Source of the DNA: an uncultured Hormoscilla sp.
GTDB lineage: Bacteria; Cyanobacteriota; Cyanobacteriia; Cyanobacteriales; Desertifilaceae
DNA length: 64,000 bases
Direction: 5' to 3'
Assembly: GCA_963921275.4 (NCBI GenBank)
Contig: OZ001293.3
Location: 3,872,001 to 3,936,000 of the forward strand
In this document: piece after piece, positions 54,649-64,000 of the stretch
Numbering within the stretch: the first letter of the stretch is position 1
Layout of the letters: the number at the start of each line of letters is the position of its first letter
Notes under the pieces: model-generated
Database searches by the model: none
Seen by the model: the letters and a program-made list of their open reading frames with translations, nothing else
Told to the model about the DNA's origin: nothing
Program-made: the position numbers and the translations under genes

Positions 54649-56115
54649 ATGAAAGCCATCATGGTTGTGGGTACAACTTCCCACGCGGGTAAATCACTTC
54701 TGACTGCGGCCATCTGTCGCATTCTCAGTCGCCAAGGTTGGCGGGTGACTCCTTTTAAGGGACAAAATATGGCCCTGAATTCCTATGTCACTGTTAATGG
54801 TAGGGAAATGGGTTATGCTCAAGCGGTGCAAGCTTGGGCTGCGGGCCTGAACCCCCGGGTGGAAATGAACCCGATCTTGCTTAAGCCCCAAGGTGATATG
54901 ACTTCCCAAGTGATTATTAAGGGCAAAGTGGTGGGTAAGACGGAGGCGGCCAACTATTATCGGGATTATTTTGACATGGGCTGGCAGGCGATCGTCCAAT
55001 CTCTGAAAGTATTAGCATCAGAGTTCGATCTAGTCGTCTGTGAAGGTGCTGGCAGTCCGGCGGAAATCAATCTCAAGCACCGAGATTTGACTAATATGCG
55101 GGTGGCGAAGCACTTAAATGCCTCTACCCTGCTGGTGGTTGATATCGATCGGGGCGGGGCCTTTGCCCATGTGGTCGGAACCTTGGAGTTGCTGGAACCG
55201 GAGGAGCGTGCTTTAATTAAAGGTGTGGCGATCAACAAGTTCCGAGGACAGAAATCTCTCCTGGATCCGGGGATTGAGTGGCTGGAAGAACGCACGGGGA
55301 TACCTGTGGTAGCTGTGATTCCTTGGCTAGAAAATGCATTTCCCGCCGAAGATTCCTTGAGTCTCTTGGAAAGGCGATCGGGCCAGCAGACTGGGGAAAT
55401 CAACATAGCGGTCATCCGGACACCCCGGATATCTAACTTTACCGATTTTGACCCCCTAGACTCGGAACCCAGAGTTAATTTAAAATACGTCGGCCCGAAG
55501 GGCGATCTAGGCTATCCAGATGCAGTGATTATTCCTGGTTCTAAAACAACGATTAGCGATCTACTCTACCTGCAAAAAACTGGCATGGCAGAGAAAATTA
55601 AAGACTATGTTGCCGGGGGTGGTACAATTCTGGGCATCTGCGGCGGTTTTCAAATGCTAGGCAAATACATAGCCGATCCAGAGGGTATGGAGGGAATAGA
55701 AGGACGATTCAAAGCGCTGGAATTGTTACCAGTCAGAACCGTGATTGCCGGACAGAAAATCGCCCGTCAGCGAGAGGTCACTGCTAATTTTCCCCTTGCT
55801 GGTTTACCTATAGCTGGCTATGAAATCCATCACGGTCATACCAAGCTGTTAGAAAATACTGGAGTTGAACCCCTGTTCGACGATCCTAACTTAGGCTTAG
55901 TTAATGAGGAACAGTCAGTTTGGGGCACTTATCTCCACGGTATTTTCGATAATGGTCCCTGGCGTCGCGCCTGGCTGAACCGCTTGCGCCTGCAACGGGG
56001 TCTGCTTTCTTTACCCACTGGCATTCCTAATTACCGAGAACAGCGAGAACTTACTTTGAACCTACTCGCAGATCGGATTGAATCTTATTTAGATTTAAGA
56101 CCAGTTTTGAGTTAG
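54649..56115 (+). CDS. cobQ: Cobyric acid synthase
   Basis: MKAIMVVGTTSHAGKS, PFKGQNMALNS, EGAGSPAEINL, ISNFTDFDPL, GICGGFQMLG, GTYLHG. Confidence 0.96.
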   Translation: MKAIMVVGTTSHAGKSLLTAAICRILSRQGWRVTPFKGQNMALNSYVTVNGREMGYAQAVQAWAAGLNPRVEMNPILLKPQGDMTSQVIIKGKVVGKTEAANYYRDYFDMGWQAIVQSLKVLASEFDLVVCEGAGSPAEINLKHRDLTNMRVAKHLNASTLLVVDIDRGGAFAHVVGTLELLEPEERALIKGVAINKFRGQKSLLDPGIEWLEERTGIPVVAVIPWLENAFPAEDSLSLLERRSGQQTGEINIAVIRTPRISNFTDFDPLDSEPRVNLKYVGPKGDLGYPDAVIIPGSKTTISDLLYLQKTGMAEKIKDYVAGGGTILGICGGFQMLGKYIADPEGMEGIEGRFKALELLPVRTVIAGQKIARQREVTANFPLAGLPIAGYEIHHGHTKLLENTGVEPLFDDPNLGLVNEEQSVWGTYLHGIFDNGPWRRAWLNRLRLQRGLLSLPTGIPNYREQRELTLNLLADRIESYLDLRPVLS

Positions 56116-56118
56116 TTA

Positions 56119-56376
56119 ATGGCGAAGGAAAAAGGACAAATAATGAAGATTAAATTTTTGCCAGATGATGTGGAGGTGGAAGCAACTCCTGGCGAACCGA
56201 TGTTAGAAGTGGCCGAGCGGGCGGTTGTTACTATTCATACAGGTTGTTTGATGGGTTCCTGTCACGCCTGCGAGGTAGAGGTTGATGGCGAACTGACTAT
56301 CTGTGCCTGCATTACGGCGGTTCCTCCAGGCAAGTCCCAGATGACGATTAATTTGTTTGTTGACCCGCTCTGGTAA
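56119..56376 (+). CDS. 2Fe-2S ferredoxin-like protein
   Basis: GCLMGSCHAC...CAC. Confidence 0.88.
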   Translation: MAKEKGQIMKIKFLPDDVEVEATPGEPMLEVAERAVVTIHTGCLMGSCHACEVEVDGELTICACITAVPPGKSQMTINLFVDPLW

Positions 56377-56606
56377 TACAATATAAGCATGTTAAGATGA
56401 TTTTAGCCCCTGAAAAACCCTGTTTATGGGTATTAGATGGGGCAAACACTAAAGTGTTTACTACGAACGGAACGGGCGGACAGTTGTCAACAGCAGAAGT
56501 TGCCAAGCGATCTCTAGTATAATCTAAGGGAAAAATATAGTGGACTATCTTCTGGGCGACTTTGCAGGTAAAGAATTCCCTGTAGAAGTAGAAAAGTTGA
56601 ATATAA

Positions 56607-56897
56607 TTGAGCAGCATACTGCACTGGAAAGCGATGCTTGCTAGATTGAAAACTGCCATTACAGAGGGACGTAATATTTCCGGTGCCGACGCAAGCTTTT
56701 ATTTTCACGAACTAAAAGAAGCCGAACTAATGCAGACCGGTCTTGACTACGAAGAAGCCCATGTTAGAGCATTGGCAGAATATAATGTCTCGCCTTATAG
56801 TGTTTATCATCCTGAAGTAATTGAGGCTTTTCCTGATGAGTTCAACAACAATTGGCATAATGCCTGGAGAATTAACCAGTCAAACCATCACGCTTAA
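56607..56897 (+). pseudogene. C-terminal fragment with an HELxE...AH motif (toxin-domain-like)
   Basis: YFHELKEAELMQTGLDYEEAH; no convincing start. Confidence 0.35.
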
Positions 56898-57420
56898 TCT
56901 TAGTTATCACCGCAAGATGCGCGTTTGGTTGGGAGAATTACCACCTCTGGAATATCCGGTGGTAGACTCTGTAGAACGCACCCTAAAAGCTAGAAAATCA
57001 CAGATCGATAACCGCCAATATGCTGCTGTTGAGATGTTTATACCTAAAGGCGGACGCGCTATTTACGGACTACTCGGTGCGCAGTTTCAACCAGAACTTT
57101 CCCAGGAAATTTTAGTTAAAGTCGCTGTTTCTGGAACTGCTACACAACAGCAAGACTGGTTGCTGGCTAGCCGCCTCGATCGCACGTACATGGGTTTACC
57201 TTCTGAATATTGTCACAGCGTACTTTCTGGAGCCTTAAGTGCAGCAGAAATTCTCGGTTCTGGACTATTGCATATTAACTGCGCTGCTCACGGTGAAGTT
57301 TGCTCTTCCCCCAGAATATTTAACCAGCTTGCTAGCACGGTGGTCAAGCTTCTGGCTTCTAACATTCAGTCAGTGCTGGACTCGGAAATTACTGCTATTG
57401 TAGAGGCTAATTTCTTATAG
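56821..57420 (+). CDS. Hypothetical protein (start uncertain)
   Basis: ~190-codon ORF overlapping the end of the upstream fragment. Confidence 0.5.
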   Translation: MRLFLMSSTTIGIMPGELTSQTITLNLSYHRKMRVWLGELPPLEYPVVDSVERTLKARKSQIDNRQYAAVEMFIPKGGRAIYGLLGAQFQPELSQEILVKVAVSGTATQQQDWLLASRLDRTYMGLPSEYCHSVLSGALSAAEILGSGLLHINCAAHGEVCSSPRIFNQLASTVVKLLASNIQSVLDSEITAIVEANFL

Positions 57421-57483
57421 GGAAAGAAAGGACTAACTGCAAGCAAACACTAAAGTGTTTACTACGAACGGGGTAACTCTTGC

Positions 57484-58782
57484 TTACTCTACTACTACGG
57501 CGATCGTGTATCTTTGGGCCGTCCCAGATTTATTTACTACTGTGATGTAGTAGTCCTCCGATGAGGGCAAGGTGCCCCTCCATGCACTTCCATCAGCTTC
57601 AAATATCCTATTCCCTGATGCTGTTTTTATCCTTAATACTACCGGATAATCCGGCGGTGAACTGACATTAATCGACATTAACTGACCCGCAGCTGCATTC
57701 AAGACGTAGTGACTTTCCTCAAGCGATGCTAATGTTCCCCACCGAAGCGCGGCCCGACCCCCCGCCCGAAACTCGATCTTTTCTGCTGAGGGTAAAGATG
57801 GCGAGATAACTGCGATCGCCCCATCCGGTTCCGACTCCTCTTGTCGCGCGATCGCCCCTTGATCTAGGCAACTCTTCAGATCGGCACCTCTGGCACAAGC
57901 ATGTTCTGCCATCGCCGTCGCCACCCCATTAAATATCGGGGCCGCCCACTGACGACCAGCTGCCACCGAACCCGCCCGATCGGCAATATCGATCGCCTTG
58001 GCCACCTCAATCATCGCGATCTGGGGACCGTACTCTGCGGCACGCTCAATCAGCGGATGCCAAGCTAGAGGAGAACCTTCCCGATCGCTTTTTCCACCTC
58101 GCACTCTCGGCCCAATATTGGTCAGACCTTGCTGTCGATAGAAGGGACCTATGTGAGATTGAATCCGATTTTCCCACTCAAAATCCCGTCGATGCAGTCC
58201 CGTTACTAGCATCTGCGGTCCGGGACGGGGGTTCGCCGCACTGGCAATGTGAGCGTCAGCGGTGAGAATCACTGTTTGCACGTTACGATTGCCCTTATGT
58301 ACCCCTGCAATAAAATGCTCCAGGGCCTGGAATCCTGCCAGATTTTCCCCATACATTTGAATCGTCGGCGTTAACACGTAAAACCCCAAGGCTTCCAAAC
58401 GCCGCTTCATCTCCTGTGTGGTAATTGTATTCCACAACCTACCAATATGAGCACCATCCACACTGGCCCCAGCTTGCAGTTTGTTAGTAGTGTACTGCAC
58501 GGGCAAGATGGCGATCGGTTTATCCGTATCGATCCGGATGGGCGCTACATCAGCGTGAGTCCAATTTCTCCCCGTGTAATTGTATCTCACCTGATAAATT
58601 CCCTGCCCCCCCTCATATTGGTAAAAACGACCATCATTGACAATGGAGACCGAGGCCAGTTCGACTCCTGTCTGGGCAGAGGCAAGGTAGGAGTCTGGGA
58701 ACTGATTCTCCAATGCCCCCGCTGAGGTGGAGACTCCGAGGTAAGCTATAGTGGCAACTGCCAAAGCAATTTTCTTGTTCAT
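57484..58782 (-). CDS. Secreted protein with a C-terminal PPC-like beta domain
   Basis: Signal peptide MNKKIALAVATIAYLGVSTSAGA; C-terminal YVLNAAAGQLMSINV...WRGTLPSSEDYYITV. Confidence 0.7.
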   Translation of the reverse strand: MNKKIALAVATIAYLGVSTSAGALENQFPDSYLASAQTGVELASVSIVNDGRFYQYEGGQGIYQVRYNYTGRNWTHADVAPIRIDTDKPIAILPVQYTTNKLQAGASVDGAHIGRLWNTITTQEMKRRLEALGFYVLTPTIQMYGENLAGFQALEHFIAGVHKGNRNVQTVILTADAHIASAANPRPGPQMLVTGLHRRDFEWENRIQSHIGPFYRQQGLTNIGPRVRGGKSDREGSPLAWHPLIERAAEYGPQIAMIEVAKAIDIADRAGSVAAGRQWAAPIFNGVATAMAEHACARGADLKSCLDQGAIARQEESEPDGAIAVISPSLPSAEKIEFRAGGRAALRWGTLASLEESHYVLNAAAGQLMSINVSSPPDYPVVLRIKTASGNRIFEADGSAWRGTLPSSEDYYITVVNKSGTAQRYTIAVVVE

Positions 58783-58959
58783 GAGCTCATCTTCTGATAT
58801 TCTGGTTCTTGTTTTAACGATCAACCAAATTCTCACTCAGGATAAATTTACAATATCTTGAGACTGTATTCTACATCGTCTTACGGCTGCTCCTGCATGC
58901 GTTATATCTGTAGAAGTCCCGAGGGGCAATCTAGTTCCGCCTTTACCCCTAAATCCGGA

Positions 58960-58992
58960 TTTCATCCTAATTTCATTATCTCTTGCTATCAT
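58960..58992 (+). promoter_or_regulatory. CopR-type box TTTCAT-N5-TTTCAT followed 10 nt later by -10 TATCAT
   Basis: tttcat cctaa tttcat tatctcttgc tatcat. Confidence 0.7.
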
Positions 58993-59027
58993 TCTGCTTA
59001 AGTCGATACACTGTATATGTTCAATTC

Positions 59028-59408
59028 ATGAATTGGCACAGAGTTAGCAAAATCATCTTTCCTCTGGCTGTGGTCTATCAGTTGTTGCTACAAGCTCAAC
59101 CCTCGATCGCTCACAGCGGACATCAACATGAGCCAGAGCAAAAATCAGTCGGACAACCGCCATCTGAAACGATCCCAGTTGCACCGGAACAACCTCAAAT
59201 TCTCCCTAGTCCCCCTGTTATAGTTGCACCGGTCTCAGAAGTTAACCATCAAATTCAACTGCTCTCCTCTCCGCACTCGCTAAGGCGCTCGTGCTTCGGG
59301 ATGCGCTTAAGTTGGCTACTACAGCCAGGAGAATTGCTATTTTTGCTATTGGTAACTGGCCCATTTGGGCTTTTTTACCTCAAGCACATGCTCTACAAGC
59401 GTGAATAA
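59028..59408 (+). CDS. Small exported/membrane protein with a His-rich motif (putative metal binding)
   Basis: Signal peptide then AHSGHQHEP; C-terminal TM. Confidence 0.6.
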   Translation: MNWHRVSKIIFPLAVVYQLLLQAQPSIAHSGHQHEPEQKSVGQPPSETIPVAPEQPQILPSPPVIVAPVSEVNHQIQLLSSPHSLRRSCFGMRLSWLLQPGELLFLLLVTGPFGLFYLKHMLYKRE

Positions 59409-59439
59409 TTGAATCTCAAACTGAAAGATTAAATTAATC

Positions 59440-59727
59440 ATGATTCCTATTAACAGAACCCAGCTTCGTCAACTCCACTTCAAGTTGGCACCAATTATCA
59501 TTTTGCCAGTGCTACTCACAGTCTTCACAGGTTCATTGTTTCAGGTTGCTGTCCTGACTGGCAAGGGAAATGATTTTCTCTGGCTGTTAGAGTTACACAA
59601 AGGAAAATTTGGTCGGATTAACTTAGAGATGATTTATCCTTTTCTCAACGCCTTTGGTCTGCTGGCGATCGCCACAACCGGAATTACCATGTGGTTGCAG
59701 ACTCGCCATCGCAGAATCGGTTCTTAG
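59440..59727 (+). CDS. PepSY-TM-like two-helix membrane protein
   Basis: RQLHFKLAP..TG, LLELHKG, TGITMW. Confidence 0.7.
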   Translation: MIPINRTQLRQLHFKLAPIIILPVLLTVFTGSLFQVAVLTGKGNDFLWLLELHKGKFGRINLEMIYPFLNAFGLLAIATTGITMWLQTRHRRIGS

Positions 59728-59748
59728 AACTTATTTTATTTCAAATCC

Positions 59749-59979
59749 TTACTGCTTTGCCTTCGTTTTACTGAACAAAAACCACCATAATTCGCCGCAA
59801 ATTAATGCCAAACCTCCCAGGGTAACTCCTACTTTTAGGGGTAAAGGTTGCTCAACTCGGGTAAATTTACTGCTGGGTTTCCCTGACTGTTCTGGGGTTT
59901 CGGCAATAGACCTAGGGGCCAGGGCCAGCCCCAATATCAGACCGAGAGAGTAACTGATAATTTTGGGCTTGCTTAACAT
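59749..59979 (-). pseudogene. Probable N-terminal part of a cupredoxin-domain protein (domain missing)
   Basis: EQPLPLKVGVTLGGLALICGELWWFLFSK, as seen in cupredoxin proteins next to Cu-ATPases, then an immediate stop. Confidence 0.55.
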
Positions 59980-59993
59980 TATTATACCTCCTC

Positions 59994-62261
59994 CTAAACA
60001 TGAATTTGGGGCTGAAATTTGCGCAAGCGCAGGGCATTCGTGACCACAGAAACGGAGCTAAATGCCATCGCCGCACCGGCAATAACTGGGTTGAGCAGCC
60101 AGCCAAAGAAGGGGTAAAGAATTCCCGCTGCTATGGGAATGCCACAAACATTGTAAATATAGGCAAAGAAGAGATTTTGACGGATATTTTTCATGGTAGC
60201 ATGGCTCAGTTGGATGGCAGCGATAATGCTGCGTAAGTCCCCAGAAATTAAGGTAATGTCGCTAGCCGCGATCGCTACATCGGTGCCCGTACCAATGGCA
60301 ATGCCCACATCCGCTTGTGCTAAGGCCGGGGCATCGTTAATGCCATCCCCTACCATGGCAACAATTTTACCTTCTGCTTGTAGGGCTTTTATTTGTGCTG
60401 CTTTTTGGTCCGGACGCACTTGGGCAATGACTCTGGTAATCCCCACTTCTCGCCCGATCGCCTCAGCAGTTTGGCGATTATCTCCGGTCAGCATCACCAC
60501 CTCTAATTTCATCCGCTTTAATGCTTTAACTGCTTCGGTAGAGGAGGGTTTGAGGGCATCTGCTATTTCGACTAATCCGGCAATTTCCTTGTCTACAGCG
60601 ATCCAAGCTGTTGTCTTGGCCTGGGCCTCCCAATCTTCACCCATTGATGCTAAAGATTTAGTATCTATTGACAAGTCATCCATCCAACGTTGGGTGCCAA
60701 TTTGCACCAGGCTATCGCCCACTATTCCTCGCACTCCCATCCCGGGAATGGCGGCAAAGTTCTGTACTTTCGGAAGGGGCCCGGTGACGCCCTGCGATCG
60801 GGCATATTGCACTACCGCTGCTGCTAGGGGATGTTCGGAATTTTGTTCGACTGCTGCGGCTAAACTCAGCAGTTTAATTTCATTGCTATCTGCCGTGCCT
60901 TTGACAGTAACGTAGTTGGTGACGCTGGGTTTCCCTTCCGTGATAGTACCGGTTTTATCGAGCACGATCGCCTGAATTTTATGAGCTAGTTCCAAACAAG
61001 AGGCATCCTTAATTAAAATCCCATTTTCGGCCCCTTTGCCAGTCCCCACCATTATAGAAGTGGGGGTGGCTAAACCCAGGGCGCAGGGACAGGCGATAAT
61101 CAAGACGCTGACCGTGGAGATCGTGGCCAGGGTGAAGTTACCCGTGACATTAAACCAGATGACGAAGGTGGCAATGGCGATCGCCATCACAGCGGGCACG
61201 AACCAGGCCGTTATCCGATCGGCCAACTGCTGAATGGGTGCTTTAGAACCTTGGGCCTCTCGTACCAACTTCACGATCTGGGCCAAGACTGTATCCTTAC
61301 CCACCCGGGAGGCCCGTAACTGAAAACTTCCCGTCTTATTAATCGTCCCCCCGATCGCCTCATCTCCGGGCTGTTTGGTGACCGGTATGGGTTCTCCGGT
61401 CACCATGGATTCATCTACCTGAGAAGCACCAACAATCACCTTACCGTCAACGGGAAATTTTTCCCCAGGACGGACGACAACTATATCTCCAACCACTACT
61501 TCCTGAATGGGAATCTCTACAGACTCTCCATTGCGCATCACCCGTGCAGTTTTTGCTTGCAACCCCATCAGTTTGCGGATCGCTTCCGAAGTTTGTCCCT
61601 TAGCGCGACTTTCCAGCAACCGCCCGAGGAGAATCAGGGTAATAATTACCACCGCCGCTTCGTAGTATACTTCCGGTTGCAAACCCCGATCCAGAAATAA
61701 ACTCACCGAAAACGTAGCCAACAGGGAATACAAATAAGCTGCGCCCGTTCCCAAGGCCACTAAGGTATTCATATCCGCTGTGCGACGTTTGCAAGCTTTC
61801 CAGGCGCCGACAAAAAAGCCTTTGCCACACCAAACCATAACAGGTATGCTCAAGAGTAGCTGTACCCAGGCATTGTGCATCCATGTGGGAATAAACGACA
61901 AATGAAGTCCGGTCATTGCTGGCAAAGAGCCCACCACTAGCAGCACGCTGATAATACCTCCCCAGAGCACTTTGCGGGTTAACTCTTTTTGTTCCCCCTG
62001 CTGCGCCCTCTTCTCAGCATCTTGTGCAACTCCGTCCATTTCCTGTAGGGGAAAGGCGCTATAACCCGCCTCTGTTACCGCCTGGCCGATCGTTTCTAGG
62101 TTGGTTTCCTGGGGATTATACTTAACCGTAGCTTGGGACATGGCGAAGTTGACATGACATTCCCTGACGCCCCGAACCCCTTGGATCGCCCCTTCGATGG
62201 TAGCCGCACAAGCGGCACAACCCATGCCTTTTAACTGGAGATTTGCTGTTTCCATTGTCAT
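59994..62261 (-). CDS. pacS: Cu(+)-translocating P1B-1 ATPase (PacS/CopA type)
   Basis: GMGCAAC metal-binding domain, [33 protein letters not shown]. Confidence 0.93.
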   Translation of the reverse strand: MTMETANLQLKGMGCAACAATIEGAIQGVRGVRECHVNFAMSQATVKYNPQETNLETIGQAVTEAGYSAFPLQEMDGVAQDAEKRAQQGEQKELTRKVLWGGIISVLLVVGSLPAMTGLHLSFIPTWMHNAWVQLLLSIPVMVWCGKGFFVGAWKACKRRTADMNTLVALGTGAAYLYSLLATFSVSLFLDRGLQPEVYYEAAVVIITLILLGRLLESRAKGQTSEAIRKLMGLQAKTARVMRNGESVEIPIQEVVVGDIVVVRPGEKFPVDGKVIVGASQVDESMVTGEPIPVTKQPGDEAIGGTINKTGSFQLRASRVGKDTVLAQIVKLVREAQGSKAPIQQLADRITAWFVPAVMAIAIATFVIWFNVTGNFTLATISTVSVLIIACPCALGLATPTSIMVGTGKGAENGILIKDASCLELAHKIQAIVLDKTGTITEGKPSVTNYVTVKGTADSNEIKLLSLAAAVEQNSEHPLAAAVVQYARSQGVTGPLPKVQNFAAIPGMGVRGIVGDSLVQIGTQRWMDDLSIDTKSLASMGEDWEAQAKTTAWIAVDKEIAGLVEIADALKPSSTEAVKALKRMKLEVVMLTGDNRQTAEAIGREVGITRVIAQVRPDQKAAQIKALQAEGKIVAMVGDGINDAPALAQADVGIAIGTGTDVAIAASDITLISGDLRSIIAAIQLSHATMKNIRQNLFFAYIYNVCGIPIAAGILYPFFGWLLNPVIAGAAMAFSSVSVVTNALRLRKFQPQIHV

Positions 62262-62287
62262 GACAGTTTACAAAACACTTTAATTTC

Positions 62288-62320
62288 AAGCTACGACATA
62301 AAAATGAAATTAGAATGAAA
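62288..62320 (-). promoter_or_regulatory. CopR-type box TTTCAT-N5-TTTCAT with -10 TAGCTT upstream of the Cu-ATPase
   Basis: Minus strand reads tttcat tctaa tttcat ttttatgtcg tagctt; same 10-nt spacing as 58960. Confidence 0.7.
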
Positions 62321-62592
62321 TTCGACCATCGGACGTTCCCCCGTAGCGATCGCCTAGCAAGCTGCCGGTCCTGCTCCCGCCGGTAGCCGTTCTTGCCGTG
62401 ACCCCCGATCGCGTAGGACCGGTAGCCTGTCTGTGCGCGCTGCGCAATCGCCCGACACCCGCTCTTACTATGCTATCATATCTGGTATGAGATTGGGGCG
62501 ATCGCCCGATAGTCTCAGCTACCGGGACACAAATCAGTAAAGGTACATTCCGGTCAGTTAAAACCCAATACTATTGCCTACTTTTCATAGGA

Positions 62593-62627
62593 AAAAGCCC
62601 TGTTTCTCTGAGAAACAGGGCTTTTTT
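62593..62627. terminator. Perfect hairpin flanked by A/T tracts (possible bidirectional terminator)
   Basis: aaaaagccctgtttctc t gagaaacagggcttttt. Confidence 0.55.
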
Positions 62628-62849
62628 CCAATTATATAATCTATCGCAATTTTTCGGCGCCAAAATTTATTTTACGCGCTAGCCAACCGGCTATAAATAG
62701 AGTGCCCAATTTTTGCTAGCAATCACCGGCGATTTTCGGTTATGATTAGCCCCCCAAAGAGGGCCGTCCGGTTTACAGCATAAAGTCGAGAGTGATGGTC
62801 ATCGTCAGTTTATTCGTAGCACGGTTCCGGTTAACTATCGGACGCTGGC

Positions 62850-63230
62850 AAGATCGACACCCACTTTCGGGCCTTTAATAAACCGATGGAAATGGCGGCG
62901 ACTCGGGATAAAATTGCCTTCGGCATCGCTTATCATATTTGGGACTTACGGAATGTTCCGGTTGTGGCAGGAAAACTGGAACCAGCAGGGAAACACGAAG
63001 CCTGTTACTTGCCCCGGAATATTTATATTATCGGAGATATCGATATTCACGAAATGGCATGGGCCGGAAAGGAACTTTGGTTTGTGAATACTAAGTTTTC
63101 CTGTCTCTGTACTTGGGGCCATCCTAACAGTTTTGTCCCCTGCTGGCGACCGCCATTTATTAGCGCATACGACTTGATGGACCGCTGTCATCTAAATGGG
63201 TTATGCTTGCAAGATGATAAACCTAAATAT
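62850..63230 (+). pseudogene. TIGR03032-like gene fragment truncated by IS630
   Basis: THFRAFNKPM, GDIDIHEMAW, FVNTKFSCLCT, WRPPFIS, DRCHLNGL. Confidence 0.75.
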
Positions 63231-63950
63231 AGCATTTATCATAAAGATGAGGTACAATAGTGAGGTCAGCGGTAGCCATCCTCTAAAACCAGGAAGCCCT
63301 ACTCAGTCGATTTCCGCCAGAAAATCATAGAAACTTATGAAAATGAGGCAATAGCACAAAGACAACTAGCGAAAAGATTTCGGGTAGCATTCAGTTTCGT
63401 TATCAAAATCTTAAAGTAGCACCGGGAAACCGGTAACTTGTCACCAGGAAAAAGTAGCGGTCGTCCCGCTCGAGGAAGTGCAACAGGAAAAGCTGAAAAT
63501 TTGGGGAGAAAAAAATAATGATTGGACCTGAGAAGAATATCAATCGGAATTAGAAAAGCAGACGGGAGTACAAGTCAGCCGTTCCACAATAGACAGGATG
63601 ACTAAGCGGTTTGACCAGAAAAAAAAGTCATTACATCCGACCGAAAAGGGAAGCTCCTGAGTGCAACCGTTGAGGTTGGACTATTGGAAGGAGATAGAAG
63701 GGATAGAGCCCTTAGACCTCATATTCCTGGATGAAGGAGGCTCCCGCCTGGCTCTAACACGGATGTATGCCCGCATGTGGTCTAAAAGCCTATGGAAGTA
63801 AAGGAGCGTAAGCGCGGAAAAATGTTTCAATAGTTGGGGCAGTGAGTCTCAATGGGATAGTGAGTTCATTTAATATTTTAGGGGCTTACGATCGCTTGAC
63901 ATTATTAGCATTTGTGATTCGCCGTTCCCAAACTGTGGAAAAAAGCCTGG
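63230..63950 (+). mobile_element. Degraded IS630-family element
   Basis: Begins at TA|TAGCA; KPYSVDFRQKIIE..QRQLAKRFRV, FLDEGG, KNVSIVGAVSLNG with stops and frameshifts. Confidence 0.8.
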
Positions 63951-64000
63951 GATGTCTCTTTTGTAGTGCGAATAGCGCGTCCCCTCTGGGGGACAGTTGT

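Noticed and set aside
60193..60915. 240-aa plus-strand ORF and other antisense ORFs within NRPS, kinase and cobQ genes
   Set aside because: Shadow frames of well-supported genes on the opposite strand, with no motifs

Overview
Cyanobacterial DNA (frequent HIP1 octamer GCGATCGC, many Oscillatoriales-type short repeats and MITEs, many pseudogenes). Bases 1-~40,400 are the 3' part of an NRPS/depsipeptide gene cluster: the tail of an NRPS, a NodU/CmcH carbamoyltransferase with a DUF5989/SxtK-like peptide, two SGNH-like proteins, a C-A-T-E NRPS (Ile-like code, ending in a COM donor), a C-pseudoAsub-A-KR-T-TE keto-acid module, a GT2, a flippase-like protein, a membrane protein and an MFS exporter. 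The cluster carries six signal-peptide-less beta-lactamase/PBP-like (SxxK) serine hydrolase genes, one broken by a nonsense codon. They appear to be amplified in two ways. First, a 9 x 239-bp tandem array built from the NRPS 3' end carries a TTGACA-17-TATCAT promoter and the COM-donor tail in each unit (eight stand-alone micro-ORFs plus the NRPS's own end). Second, a 3 x 2,483-bp triplication places a consensus promoter upstream of the extra hydrolase copies. Two of the hydrolases and a stand-alone 62-aa protein share a 25-aa C-terminal tag in basic and acidic versions. Bases ~40,600-51,500 are a decaying signalling locus (STK-AAA-GAF pseudogene, hybrid histidine kinases) with two copies of an ORF-less group II intron. 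The remainder has a solA-like oxidase, cobQ, a ferredoxin, a repeat-flanked cassette, copper genes with CopR-type boxes (PacS/CopA ATPase), a TIGR03032-like remnant and IS630 debris. All calls come from reading the sequence; no database searches were run.
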